Positions 46,166 to 56,329 of a stretch of 64,000 nt of DNA are shown piece after piece (position 1 is the first letter of the stretch; each line of letters opens with the position of its first letter). Below the pieces are notes generated by a model that was given only the letters and a program-made list of their open reading frames with translations, did no database searches and was not told the DNA's origin. Location: the IMG/VR virus record IMGVR_UViG_2834966965_000001. One strand, given 5' to 3'. Source of the stretch: an uncultured virus (IMG/VR IMGVR_UViG_2834966965_000001) (taxonomy: Duplodnaviria; Heunggongvirae; Uroviricota; Caudoviricetes). The position numbers were made by a program, and so were the translations under genes.

Positions 46166-46326
46166 GGTAATGATATTACTTTTAATTGAGTCTGTCAATA
46201 GGTTTCTGTCACTTTTTGAATCCGTAAATATATTTAGCCACAAATACGCTCAGCTCTCAAGCGTGGTAATATAATTACCTTTCTTGCATATTGACAGTAT
46301 TACCTATTATAAGTAATATTATTACT
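46166..46326. promoter_or_regulatory. Divergent promoters with three RGTAAT-N3-ATTACY operators
   Basis: Palindromes at 46166, 46265 and 46312; TTGACA-17-TAATAT (+, 46291) and TTGACA-17-TATCAT (-, 46198). Confidence 0.8.
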
Positions 46327-46352
46327 ATTATCAGTCAGTCAAGGAGGGAATC

Positions 46353-46553
46353 ATGAAGAGGGGCCGTCCCAATATTTTGGGCGATGATAGGGTGGTTATC
46401 CGGGTAGTCCTGCCGCTAAAAGACTACCAAAATCTGGAAAAAATCGCTGACCTGGAAAGGACAGATATTGGAACTCTCGTTAGACGCGCGATAGTCCGTC
46501 AATATTTCGCTCCGGATGATAGTAAGGCTGAGAAAAATGGTTCTAAACGTTAA
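46353..46553 (+). CDS. Ribbon-helix-helix (CopG-like) protein
   Basis: AAGGAGG SD; GRP...VIRVVL...L..IA.....LVRRAI. Confidence 0.72.
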   Translation: MKRGRPNILGDDRVVIRVVLPLKDYQNLEKIADLERTDIGTLVRRAIVRQYFAPDDSKAEKNGSKR

Positions 46554-46740
46554 AGCTGAGCATAAGGCGGAGCCAGGCCAGGCAGGGTCTATAAAGTTTA
46601 GCACTGCCCCCCACGATGGCCAGGCAGCAGTAGAGCAAAGATTACAGAATCTTATTGATCTGGCTATTAGTATCGGCCGGAGAGACGGATTAATCGGTAG
46701 CAATGAGAAAAATCAAATACCTGGTAGTGAAGGAGGTTAG
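46540..46740 (+). CDS. Hypothetical protein
   Basis: Operonic ORF; start uncertain (46516 or 46540). Confidence 0.45.
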   Translation, partial: VLNVKAEHKAEPGQAGSIKFSTAPHDGQAAVEQRLQNLIDLAISIGRRDGLIGSNEKNQIPGSEGG

Positions 46741-46741
46741 A

Positions 46742-47677
46742 ATGTCACCCATCAAAGGAATCAGCGAAGTAATCAGACTGCCACGTTTGGGAAAAATAAG
46801 ATTAGGCATTAAAAATGAAGTGGGTGGAACGGCGTATCCGGAGCCGACGGACTACTTTGTGTGTCCGGAAGAAGTTAAAAAGGCTTTTGGCGAAAAGCCC
46901 ATCGAACTGCGGATCATGTTCCCTACTAATGATCCGGCGCAGTGGGCCAGCCAGTATTTAAGGTGTTATTCCGATTCCCGGTTATTAATTTGCAAAGGCA
47001 ATGGGGAAACCGCGATCTCCAGTTTCAACTCCAGTGTCAAAGAAGTCCCTTGTGATCCGGCAAGCTGTAATTTCTATCGACAAGGACGTTGCCGACCAAT
47101 GATGAATCTCCAATTTCTTCTCCCCAACTGTCCAGGATACGGAGTCTATCAGTTGGATACAAGCTCTTATCATTCCATGGTTAACATCAATTCTAGCCTG
47201 GAGCTTGCTCGTAACATTTTTGGCAGATTCTGCATGATTCCCTTCTCACTACTACGGGTAGGAAAAGAGGTCCATCCTGAAGGACAAACAAAAATTGCAC
47301 AAGTTCTCAGCTTATTACCAACGTTCTCGATAGAAGAAACCTTGAAGTATGCCCAAATGCCTCCAGAACAAGCCTTAGTATTACCCCCTCCCGATAATGA
47401 AGCTCCAGACGATTTCTTTCCGGAAGAATCAACCAAGAAAGAAATTCAGTCCCAACGTTTCCAGAAGGATGCCCTGGTAGAACTATGGGACCGAGCGAAG
47501 AGAAAGGTCTGGCAATTCGAGATGCAAGATTACCAAGTAGCCCATTATTTCCGTAAATACTGCCACATGGAAGCAGGATTAAAAGACTTTGAATCATCTC
47601 TACCTCCGGAGAAATTCAAGGCGGAACATCTTGAGGGTTTTCTCAAGGATATTGAGAAACATACCCAATTTTCTTAA
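46742..47677 (+). CDS. Gp3-like (recombination directionality factor-like) protein
   Basis: LPRLGKIRLG...P...DYF motif, Cys cluster and T.S..S..N; AGGAGG SD. Confidence 0.7.
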   Translation: MSPIKGISEVIRLPRLGKIRLGIKNEVGGTAYPEPTDYFVCPEEVKKAFGEKPIELRIMFPTNDPAQWASQYLRCYSDSRLLICKGNGETAISSFNSSVKEVPCDPASCNFYRQGRCRPMMNLQFLLPNCPGYGVYQLDTSSYHSMVNINSSLELARNIFGRFCMIPFSLLRVGKEVHPEGQTKIAQVLSLLPTFSIEETLKYAQMPPEQALVLPPPDNEAPDDFFPEESTKKEIQSQRFQKDALVELWDRAKRKVWQFEMQDYQVAHYFRKYCHMEAGLKDFESSLPPEKFKAEHLEGFLKDIEKHTQFS

Positions 47678-47765
47678 TAGGGTACGTTCATCCAATTCCC
47701 ATAAGTCTCCGGTTGTTTATTGATTAAATACAACCTTTCCTAAATTTTTGTCTTGAGAGGACCTG

Positions 47766-50294
47766 ATGGCCAATATCTTTTCCGAGGAAATACCTGACTT
47801 ACTTAAAGAACATTTAAACCATTTATTAAGTTCCGCAATATCATTGGAAGTTATCAAGGAAAGAGGCTATAAAACCATATTTGGTATTACGGAGCTTAAA
47901 AGCAAGGGCTTCGCCAAGCCTCAGCAGCGGCATCCGGGCATATTAATCCCCATTCACGGAGTAGATGGACAGATTGCAGGCTATCAGTACCGGCCGGACC
48001 ATCCAAGGGATTTTCACAATCCGAGGGATGGGAAAGTCCGTAAAATCAAGTATGAAAATCCAACCGGTTCCTCAATTCACCTGGACGTTCCAACCAGGTG
48101 TCTTAAGGACCTGGGCAACCCGAATATCCCGATTTTATTCACGGAAGGGATCAAAAAGACGGACGCCCTGGCTACGTCCGGGGCCTGCGTGGTCGGTATG
48201 ACCGGCGTGTGGGGCTTCAAAGGCAAAAATATCTTTGGGGCTTCTACCGTCCTTTCAGACTTCGATTATATCGCTTTTAAGGACCGTGATATTTACCTGG
48301 TCTTTGACTCCGATAGCAAGACTAATTCCCAGGTCCGGGCTGCCCTGGACCGTTTTACTGGTATCTGCACCAAAAAACAGGGAAATGTGAAGGTCGTCAA
48401 TCTACCGGCCGGATCGAAAGGCGAAAAGGTTGGGGCTGATGATTTTTTAGCCCAGGGACATACCCTCCAGGATATTATCGCCTTAGCCGTACACCCGAAT
48501 TTTGATAATAATCCTACTCTGGAGACCGGTTTCAAAAATCTGTTTACTATTCAGGACGGGGTTTTAGGCTATTTCAAAACAGACGGTCAAACGGTCCATA
48601 CCATTCCCCTAGCCGATTTTGCGGCCGGGATTAAACAAGTCATCACGCGGGATAACGGAATTGAGCAGGTTAAATCATTTCAGATCGTAGGAAAAGAGTC
48701 TAACGGTCATGACCTGCCGGAGGTGGAAGTCCCGACAGCTAAGTTTGAGAGTCTATCCTGGATCACGGATGCCTGGGACGTGAGAGCCGTAATTTCCACT
48801 GATAACACGGCGAAAGCCAAGATCCGGGCTGCCATACTTTCCCTCAGTAAAGATACTGCTCAAAGACGTTACATTTACAGTCATACCGGCTTTAGGGTCA
48901 TAGATGGGCAAAGGACTTTTCTCACTAATGGAGGGGCCATCGGCGTCCCTGGAGTAGATGTTGAGTTGGACGATGATCTGGAGAACTATGCTTTACCGCA
49001 ACCCACGGAGGATCTCAAAGAGGCTCTTAAAGCCAGCCTGGAGTTTTTGTCCATCGGTAACCGTAAGGTACTTTTACCCTTGTGGGCCGGGATGTACCTG
49101 GCTCCCCTTGCGGAGATCGTAGATCCAAACTTTACGATTTTCCTGGTCGGTCTCTCCGGGTCTTTCAAAAGTGGGATCACGGCGTTAGCCTTAAATCACT
49201 ACGGTTATAAATTCAGCTATAACAATCTCCCAGCATCCTGGACTTCAACTCAAAATAACCTGGAATATCTCTTGTTCCTGCTTAAAGACATGCCCCTGGT
49301 GATTGATGATTGGGCTCCAGGCCAGGATTCCGGGAAAGCCAAAGAACTGGAGGCCAAAGCCGAGAGGATCATCCGGGCGCAAGCTAACCGGCAAGGCCGG
49401 GGCCGGATGAATGCCGAGGGATCCAGCCGGAAGACCTACCGGCCCAGAGGACTCTTAGTGACTTCCGGAGAGCATTTGCCCGGAGGTCATAGTCACACAG
49501 CCAGGATGTTCGTGGTCGAGATCCGCAAAGGTGATCTTGACCAGGATAAGTTTTTTGTCCTGGACCGCAAAAAAGGCCTCTTAAGTGTTGCTATGTCAGC
49601 CTATATCCAGTATCTAATCCGGAATTGGGATGATCTCAAGGCCACTTTACCGGATAAGGTCCGGGAGTGGGTAAGGTTAGCGCAAAAGGGATCGCAGCAT
49701 CCCAGACTCCCGACAGCCGTGGCAGCCTTATATGCCGGACTAAATTGTGGATTAGCGTTTATGGTTGAAAACAAGGTTCTCACCCGGAAAGAGGCCAAAG
49801 CGATAGGAGATGAAGGCTGGCAAGTTTTTATGGCCTGGTCACTGGAACAATCCAGCCGGGTAGATGCCGAAAGGCCGGGCCGGAGATTTATGGACGCCCT
49901 TATTGCTTTGAAAGAGTCCGGAAAACTCAACATAGGCAGCATTAATGACGAAATGCCAAAGATCCCCACACCTGGACAGGTCAACATTGGCTGGTATGAC
50001 GAGGAATATAACTTACTTCTCAATCCGGAGATCGCTTATTCTACGGTCCGTCAATTCCGTAACAACTCCGATGAGCCGTTAACCTTCAAACAGGAGGCTG
50101 TCTGGAGGGACCTGAAAGAAATGGGCATCACAGATTGCTCCAACGGCCGGACCCGGTATCAAGCCAGGGTATATGGCAATCAGACCTATGTAATCAAGAT
50201 CAGAACATCTGCCTATCAGGATACCGGCTATCTAAAAGAGATCCGGGAGGAAATTAACCGGATCGAAAAGGGTAAAACCGATGATGAACCTTAA
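47766..50294 (+). CDS. Primase-helicase (DUF3854-type TOPRIM + DUF927/Cch-like helicase)
   Basis: QYRPD.P...KYE.P, TEGIKK, FDSD, GADD, GLSGSFKS and IDDW motifs; C-terminal two-thirds homologous to 37086-39683. Confidence 0.88.
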   Translation: MANIFSEEIPDLLKEHLNHLLSSAISLEVIKERGYKTIFGITELKSKGFAKPQQRHPGILIPIHGVDGQIAGYQYRPDHPRDFHNPRDGKVRKIKYENPTGSSIHLDVPTRCLKDLGNPNIPILFTEGIKKTDALATSGACVVGMTGVWGFKGKNIFGASTVLSDFDYIAFKDRDIYLVFDSDSKTNSQVRAALDRFTGICTKKQGNVKVVNLPAGSKGEKVGADDFLAQGHTLQDIIALAVHPNFDNNPTLETGFKNLFTIQDGVLGYFKTDGQTVHTIPLADFAAGIKQVITRDNGIEQVKSFQIVGKESNGHDLPEVEVPTAKFESLSWITDAWDVRAVISTDNTAKAKIRAAILSLSKDTAQRRYIYSHTGFRVIDGQRTFLTNGGAIGVPGVDVELDDDLENYALPQPTEDLKEALKASLEFLSIGNRKVLLPLWAGMYLAPLAEIVDPNFTIFLVGLSGSFKSGITALALNHYGYKFSYNNLPASWTSTQNNLEYLLFLLKDMPLVIDDWAPGQDSGKAKELEAKAERIIRAQANRQGRGRMNAEGSSRKTYRPRGLLVTSGEHLPGGHSHTARMFVVEIRKGDLDQDKFFVLDRKKGLLSVAMSAYIQYLIRNWDDLKATLPDKVREWVRLAQKGSQHPRLPTAVAALYAGLNCGLAFMVENKVLTRKEAKAIGDEGWQVFMAWSLEQSSRVDAERPGRRFMDALIALKESGKLNIGSINDEMPKIPTPGQVNIGWYDEEYNLLLNPEIAYSTVRQFRNNSDEPLTFKQEAVWRDLKEMGITDCSNGRTRYQARVYGNQTYVIKIRTSAYQDTGYLKEIREEINRIEKGKTDDEP

Positions 50295-50324
50295 ACTAGG
50301 ACCCACCCCCTATATATTTTTTGT

Positions 50325-50547
50325 GATTACAGCGATTACAGGGCAATATTTTGAGGCTAAGGCGTGCGTAATCACAAGGTCAAAAAAGGACTGAATACCA
50401 GTGATTACAGCGATGACAAATTGTGATGACAGAGTGATTACAAATTCGAGGCTAGTAGTAAGTAAGTATATAAAAAAGTGATTACAGATAGATTACAAAA
50501 TTGAAGCTAAATCAAAAACTCTCACGCTTATTGTAATCGCTGTAATC
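50325..50547. repeat. E3 replication origin: GATTACA iterons
   Basis: 6 GATTACA, 2 GATGACA and 3 inverted copies directly downstream of the primase-helicase. Confidence 0.82.
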
Positions 50548-50589
50548 GCTATTTTAGGTATACCCCCCTTGTAGTCTGAAAGGAGAGTC

Positions 50590-50964
50590 GTGTCTGAGGC
50601 TAAACAAAGGAATTTTTGGGAAAATGACCCGGAAGAAATTGAAAATGAAAATTATGGAATTCCGGTCGAAATGACCTGGGAAGAAGCCGAAAAAGTAGCC
50701 CAGGAGACAAGATCCCAAATTAATTTGCAGGGTTGGTGTTTATGGCGACTCCGGAACGTTAAGGGCCAGAAGATTTGCCTGGTCCGGGATTATAGCGTCC
50801 ATAACTATCCGGCGGAATACCCGGCATTTTCCCTGGCGGAGTTAGATATGCTGCCGGATGATTTTCCAAACTCAACTCTCAACCTGATTATCAAGGCCAA
50901 GATTTTAGGGGATGCAGTTATCGAGTCGGTTGAAGAAAATAAAAACGGAAAGGAGGCTAATTGA
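50590..50964 (+). CDS. Hypothetical protein
   Basis: AAGGAG SD; GTG start. Confidence 0.65.
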   Translation: MSEAKQRNFWENDPEEIENENYGIPVEMTWEEAEKVAQETRSQINLQGWCLWRLRNVKGQKICLVRDYSVHNYPAEYPAFSLAELDMLPDDFPNSTLNLIIKAKILGDAVIESVEENKNGKEAN

Positions 50965-51542
50965 AAGTAGCGATCTATGCCAGGGTGTCAACTCCGGGTC
51001 AGGAATTAGAGCAGCAACTAAATGCTTGCCGGGATTTCTGTCAGTATAAGAAATTTGACTCGATCCAGGAATATACCGATGTATGTAGCGGAGTTAAATA
51101 TTCCCGGCCTGGCCTGGACGCTATGCTCAAAGCTGCCCGGCATAGTAAATACGCCGGAGTCGTGGTCTTTCGCCTGGACCGTTTAGGCCGGAGAATTATG
51201 GACTCGATTATGCTTTTCGATGAACTATCCCGGAGAGGCATTGAAATCTATTCCGTTCATGAGGGGATTGATCCTTCAACAGCAGCCGGTAGACTCAATA
51301 AAAACTTAATCTTAGCTTTTGCCGAATATGAGAGGGACGCTATCTCTGAGGCCACTAAACAGCGATTAGCTGCATTAAAGGCCTCCGGGAAGATCCTGGG
51401 CCGTAAGCCATTATCTAAAGCGAAAGTCCGGAAGGTCCTGGAATTAAAAGCCGAAGGAAAGACATACCGGCAGATTAGGGACCTGGCCGGTTTATCCCTG
51501 GGAAAAATAAGCGAAATTTTAGTAGGAGGAAAAAATGTCTAA
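50961..51542 (+). CDS. Small serine recombinase (resolvase/invertase)
   Basis: AIYARVST, LDRLGR, GR and C-terminal HTH. Confidence 0.92.
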   Translation: MKVAIYARVSTPGQELEQQLNACRDFCQYKKFDSIQEYTDVCSGVKYSRPGLDAMLKAARHSKYAGVVVFRLDRLGRRIMDSIMLFDELSRRGIEIYSVHEGIDPSTAAGRLNKNLILAFAEYERDAISEATKQRLAALKASGKILGRKPLSKAKVRKVLELKAEGKTYRQIRDLAGLSLGKISEILVGGKNV

Positions 51543-51825
51543 AAAAGTAACCATGATGGACCGGGTAAAGGGGATGTTCAAAAAATCAGTGAAGCCGAGA
51601 AGAATGAGAAGGTCGAAGATCCGGGATCTCTTGAGATGTACTTTTTGCGAAGGCTGCAATTCTATGAGCTATGTAACCGAATTAGGACCGAGATTTGTTA
51701 TCTGCCAAAATTCAGGTTCCGATCATTACGGTCATATCCTGGACGGCAAGCTGCATACTTGCCGACTTCATTCCTCTGCACCTAAGAAGGTTAAAGATCA
51801 AATGAAACTGGATCTCAAGGGATAG
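51535..51825 (+). CDS. Hypothetical Cys/His protein
   Basis: AGGAGG SD; CxxC...C...H. Confidence 0.62.
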   Translation: MSKKVTMMDRVKGMFKKSVKPRRMRRSKIRDLLRCTFCEGCNSMSYVTELGPRFVICQNSGSDHYGHILDGKLHTCRLHSSAPKKVKDQMKLDLKG

Positions 51826-51855
51826 CCCATGGAATAGAAGCCGGAGGGACGCTTA

Positions 51856-52194
51856 ATGGAGAAAGATAGTATGTTGTGGATCCAGTTAACTCGTCCGATA
51901 GATGTACAGAAAGGCGATATTCTGAGACTCCGGGTAGATAACATCCGGCAATATCAGCCGAGAAATTATCAATGGCTTGTGACTCCATTAGGGAAGGAGG
52001 AGGACACGATCAAACTGGAAATTGTCAATCCCAAGCCGGTTAAAAAGGGAATGATCCTTAAAATCCTGGATATGAAAGAAATTAGATCCGGACGCTGGAA
52101 TTGTAAGGCTGAATTGATTGAGGCCCTGGAGCCGGTTACCTGGGACAATATTAGACAGGCTATCCAGGCGGCTAAGGCAAAAAAAGATGTTTAA
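51856..52194 (+). CDS. Hypothetical protein with duplicated beta repeat
   Basis: P..V.KG.IL+ unit occurs twice. Confidence 0.65.
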   Translation: MEKDSMLWIQLTRPIDVQKGDILRLRVDNIRQYQPRNYQWLVTPLGKEEDTIKLEIVNPKPVKKGMILKILDMKEIRSGRWNCKAELIEALEPVTWDNIRQAIQAAKAKKDV

Positions 52195-52483
52195 CTATCT
52201 GGCGAAAGAAGCTCTCAAGAGAGAGAAGTCCGGCCGGGACATTCTGCGTTTCTTAGGACGGTTTAAGCGGATCATTCGGAGAACAAAGCGGATCCGTGGG
52301 GAAGTCTCGCGGATCCGCAGGGATCTGGGAAATGAGAAAGGTTAAATTTTGGCTTTTGTTTTACCTGGTAAAGCTGTTAATGTTTCGCGCCAAGGTATAT
52401 TACCAGGTGCGGCAAATTAAAAAGGGCTTGTTCAAAAAAGGGGGGCCTCCGTAGCGAAGCTAAAATTACGGCTAAAACGGGTC

Positions 52484-52508
52484 GTTCAGATAATGACGTT
52501 TTTTGAAC
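52484..52508. other. res/hix-like recombination site
   Basis: GTTCAGATAA-TGACG-TTTTTTGAAC imperfect palindrome near the resolvase and a resolvase remnant. Confidence 0.45.
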
Positions 52509-52534
52509 TCTGATTAAAAGATTATTAGGAGTAT

Positions 52535-52819
52535 TTGATATTAGCGGAGGTTGCCGAAATGGAAAGCGAATCAATCAGACAACTGGTTAATACCGATATG
52601 GAATATGCCAGGGAACATAGGGGGAGACAGATTGGCCGGAAAAGATACGACATCCCCTTTGCAAATATTTGCAAAGCGATGATAATAACCGATTGGCACC
52701 CTACCCCCGCTGCAAAGCTAATAAGTAAAGAATTTGGTCGGACGGTTAGTCCTGGCTTTATTACAACGAGGATCAAGAGATCGGGTAAAACCAAAGAGGA
52801 AATCATTAAAGATTCTTGA
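52535..52819 (+). pseudogene. C-terminal remnant of a resolvase related to 35803-36486
   Basis: IGR.R.DI....CKA...AA..ISK..G..V.PGF aligns with the E2 resolvase C-terminus; catalytic domain absent. Confidence 0.7.
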
Positions 52820-52842
52820 TGGTAACGATCGCCTGTAATGAG

Positions 52843-54912
52843 CTATAGGTTAATCTCAAGCGTTTCTATTTTTTCTCTAAATAGTTTTCTTTGTTGAAAT
52901 CCGTCGAGTAAAATTTTACCAATCCTATTTTGTTCTTCCTTTTCAGGGAGAAAAACTTGTATATTTAGTAGGTCGGCGTCAGATATCGCAGGAATAGCTG
53001 CTCCTGTTCTAAACCTGAAGATTTGTTCGAGGAAGTATTTTGACCTAAAATAATAAAGCAGGTAAAAAGGATTTACTATTTGTTTGTTTGGAATTAGAAC
53101 TCTGAAGCCATTAGTACATATTGATCCGGCATATTCCTCAGTAACGATAGCTGAAACATGTTTTGAAGTACCTATGGAATTTCCAGCAACAGCTGTTAGT
53201 AATTCACCTGTTTTAAGCTCAAAAGAAGCTCTGCTAGGCAGATCATGCACTCTATACTCGGTTGAATTAATTATTTCGCTATAATAGGCACTTATATCAG
53301 ATAGTTCAACATAGTTAATAATAAGGTCCTTCTGTTTGAGTTTTTCTGACTTAGATTTACTTAGTTTCACCAGATCACCTAATTTGTATAGTTTTCTATC
53401 CTTAAAATCTTGAGCCAGTTGTCGATAATTAGGTTTATAAAACTCATAGTCAAATCTGGATATATTCAGCTCATCGCGATTAATAGTAAAACAATTTTCG
53501 GAAGGCGACTTTTTAGATATACCTTCGGAGCAAAACGATAAATATGAATTCACGACGTCCGAAAAATCTTCATCTATCAAGAGATTGCCTTCTATGTCTT
53601 TGTTGATATTCCCTTTTTCATCCTTTCTGTACACTAATGAGCCATTTTTATTCCCGAGATACCCTAATTTGGTTACATTCCCAAATAATATTTTTTTAGG
53701 TACTTTGTTGTCTCCATTTTTCTTTCTAAGAAACAATAGGGAGGTTTTAACTCCTGTACCAGATGGAATAAATGTTTCTTGAGGAAGCTTTACAACCGCG
53801 ATAAGGTCAGCTAATTCAAGAATATATGTTCTTAGGTATGTAAGGGTAGAATTTTCAAAATCACCATTTGGTAATACTATAGCCATTCTTCCGCCTGGTT
53901 TTAAAAATTCTAGGCATCTTTCAATAAACAGTATCTCGGGTACTTGTCCATTAACTAATGAATCGGTTTTACTACATTGGTTATTTGCACAATTCCATTT
54001 GTGACCAAGAGCAAAATTCCTTAGTTGTGCTTTATTGGATATTTTACCTTGTGTACCGAAAGGCGGATTGGTGAGTATGACATCAAAATAATTTTGATAG
54101 GGATTATTAGTTCCACAAACTTTGTTAATGTCAAAATTAAGAGTGCTCCAATCAGTTAACGAGTCCGAAAGAATAATTTTCGAAAAGCCGTCACCTTCTA
54201 GAATCATGCGCATCGTTGCCATTTTCGCCGCAGATCTATTTATTTCTAAACCGAATATATTATCTTTAGCGAAATAATCCGTTGCTGAAGGCGTGTTTAA
54301 AACAACGTATTTTAGAGCAGATATTAAAAATCCACCACTTCCGCATGCTGGATCAAGAATTTTCTCGTTTGCCTTAGGTTGGATAATATCCACGCATAAT
54401 TTAATAACAGGTTCCGGGGTAAAGAATTGACCGCGACCTATCCTTTGTGAGCTATGAATGAACTTCTGGAAAGCCAAGCCCTTTATATCGTTCGATGATT
54501 TTAAAAGGTCGATAAATTGGAGCTTGTTAACAACGAACGCTAAAGTGGTAGGTTTTAGCTTTATTTTCTCAGTTGAATCAAAAATGGTTGAAAAATAACA
54601 AAAGGTGTTTTCCTGCAAGTCTTTAAATCTATTCAAAAAATCTAAATCGTTATTACCATTGAGAAGATTTGAATATTCATTTGAACTAATATTAAAACCG
54701 AGTTTCTTATTCTTTTCATCGAATATCTTGATAAAAAGAATCTTCAGAGTCTCTTCAAGTGCCTGTTCAGGAGATAAACCATCATTTGCATATATATGAT
54801 TATGAATATCTTCGAATATTCTTAACAGGCTACCGCTTTTTTCAAGTGAGGTTTTGTCTTCAAAAGTAAATAGTGGAAGATTGTGTGGATCAGATTCAAT
54901 ATATTTTTTCAT
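52843..54912 (-). CDS. N6-adenine methyltransferase fused to a specificity (TRD/HsdS-like) domain
   Basis: GQFFTP, DPACGSGG and TNPPF motifs; C-terminal TRD (LP..EEQ..I). Confidence 0.9.
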   Translation of the reverse strand: MKKYIESDPHNLPLFTFEDKTSLEKSGSLLRIFEDIHNHIYANDGLSPEQALEETLKILFIKIFDEKNKKLGFNISSNEYSNLLNGNNDLDFLNRFKDLQENTFCYFSTIFDSTEKIKLKPTTLAFVVNKLQFIDLLKSSNDIKGLAFQKFIHSSQRIGRGQFFTPEPVIKLCVDIIQPKANEKILDPACGSGGFLISALKYVVLNTPSATDYFAKDNIFGLEINRSAAKMATMRMILEGDGFSKIILSDSLTDWSTLNFDINKVCGTNNPYQNYFDVILTNPPFGTQGKISNKAQLRNFALGHKWNCANNQCSKTDSLVNGQVPEILFIERCLEFLKPGGRMAIVLPNGDFENSTLTYLRTYILELADLIAVVKLPQETFIPSGTGVKTSLLFLRKKNGDNKVPKKILFGNVTKLGYLGNKNGSLVYRKDEKGNINKDIEGNLLIDEDFSDVVNSYLSFCSEGISKKSPSENCFTINRDELNISRFDYEFYKPNYRQLAQDFKDRKLYKLGDLVKLSKSKSEKLKQKDLIINYVELSDISAYYSEIINSTEYRVHDLPSRASFELKTGELLTAVAGNSIGTSKHVSAIVTEEYAGSICTNGFRVLIPNKQIVNPFYLLYYFRSKYFLEQIFRFRTGAAIPAISDADLLNIQVFLPEKEEQNRIGKILLDGFQQRKLFREKIETLEINL

Positions 54913-54954
54913 AACACATATATGTTATTCCATTTACACATATGTGTCAATAGG

Positions 54955-55905
54955 TTAAACTAGCCTACCGTCAATTTGTGACCTATCTATTCGGCGATAA
55001 CAGGGTTTAGTTATATTAATACAATCATCTACATCACGATACCATGGCCTTTTTATAATAACATCGCGTTTAAGACCCTTAACAAGGATATCAATAATAT
55101 AATTCTGATATAAGTGCTCCGGTGATGATGGAGAGTGACCGATCTCCTCAGGATTCATAAAAACAAATTCGTGCTTTCCTGTTCTCAAGAATAAATCAAC
55201 GCTCATGATATTAAAATCGCATACTAAAGGTGCGGCCTGATCAATGTTTGTTATAATTCCCACTCTTTTACTAGGCTGGTGCGTTTCAAGAATAGATATC
55301 GCCCCCTCAACATCTCGATATGCCTTTTCTGTAAAATATGACTTATCCAGAGAATACACCCATGTTTTTAAAGCGGCCTCATTTTCCCAAATATTGTCTA
55401 GTGAACAAGATTCGCAACCTGGAAATTCCTTACGCCACTTGAAATCTGGGAATTTCTGATCTGAATGCTTGAGTTCCCACTGTTCTTTAACTTTTAAATA
55501 GGTTTGATAACCTTTTTGATATACCGTATCTGCATTTTTTTTGGTGTTAAAAACTCGACCTTTGAGAAAATTAATAACTTTTTCAGGTGAATCGAGTTTA
55601 CCGCCTCTAAACTCCGAGTTACTCTTTAGCCCTTTACTTTCGATGACCAACCAGTCATCTCCAGTAACACCTCTTTTTCTTACGTAAAAATCACCGCGAG
55701 CTTCGGCGTTTTTGGCATCATTCCCGCCACTTGGCTTTTCCTTGATTCTAACTACTTCAAAACCCTTATCCTTTAAATAATTCCCGAGTAGCAATTCGCT
55801 GATAGCCCCAATGATATACCCCTGTGCACTTGGGCTCTCTATCAAGGCTTGCAAAAAAATATCTTCAGCAACACCAAAATTCTTTAAAATAAAATCTTTC
55901 AACAT
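54955..55905 (-). CDS. Putative PD-(D/E)xK restriction endonuclease
   Basis: G..SE...GDF...IESK motif; lies between the C gene and the MTase. Confidence 0.7.
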   Translation of the reverse strand: MLKDFILKNFGVAEDIFLQALIESPSAQGYIIGAISELLLGNYLKDKGFEVVRIKEKPSGGNDAKNAEARGDFYVRKRGVTGDDWLVIESKGLKSNSEFRGGKLDSPEKVINFLKGRVFNTKKNADTVYQKGYQTYLKVKEQWELKHSDQKFPDFKWRKEFPGCESCSLDNIWENEAALKTWVYSLDKSYFTEKAYRDVEGAISILETHQPSKRVGIITNIDQAAPLVCDFNIMSVDLFLRTGKHEFVFMNPEEIGHSPSSPEHLYQNYIIDILVKGLKRDVIIKRPWYRDVDDCINITKPCYRRIDRSQIDGRLV

Positions 55906-55913
55906 AATTTTAA

Positions 55914-56126
55914 CTAAAATTTCAATAAATCACTTACATCAATGTTCAGAGCGATAGCTATTTTTTCGATATTTTCCAATGTAATATTCTTCTCTGCCCT
56001 TTCAATCATGCCAATATATGTCCGATGGACTCCCGCACGAGCTGCTAGTTCTTCCTGAGATAGTCCTTGCCGCACGCGTTCATCTCGAACTCTTTTACCG
56101 AATTTAGAAAGTATCTCTTTTGACAT
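55914..56126 (-). CDS. R-M controller (C) protein
   Basis: SQEELA..AGVHRTYIG.IER..KN.TL motif. Confidence 0.85.
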   Translation of the reverse strand: MSKEILSKFGKRVRDERVRQGLSQEELAARAGVHRTYIGMIERAEKNITLENIEKIAIALNIDVSDLLKF

Positions 56127-56152
56127 ATAATTCTTTCCAAGTATAATTTACG

Positions 56153-56183
56153 GCTAACTATAGTTCTACATACTATAGTTAGC
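56153..56183. promoter_or_regulatory. C-box operator
   Basis: Two ACTATAGT palindromes 15 bp apart (56157, 56172) upstream of the C gene. Confidence 0.75.
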
Positions 56184-56329
56184 ATGTAGCTAAAAAGCGG
56201 AGATTTTTCTCTCTTATCGACTAATCTATCACGTCTGTATCTTGGGGAAGCCCTGATTGTATGCAGATATTTTTGGGAGTATAATTCACCAATGTAAATC
56301 AACGAGCTACATCGCATGGAGGTTATAAT

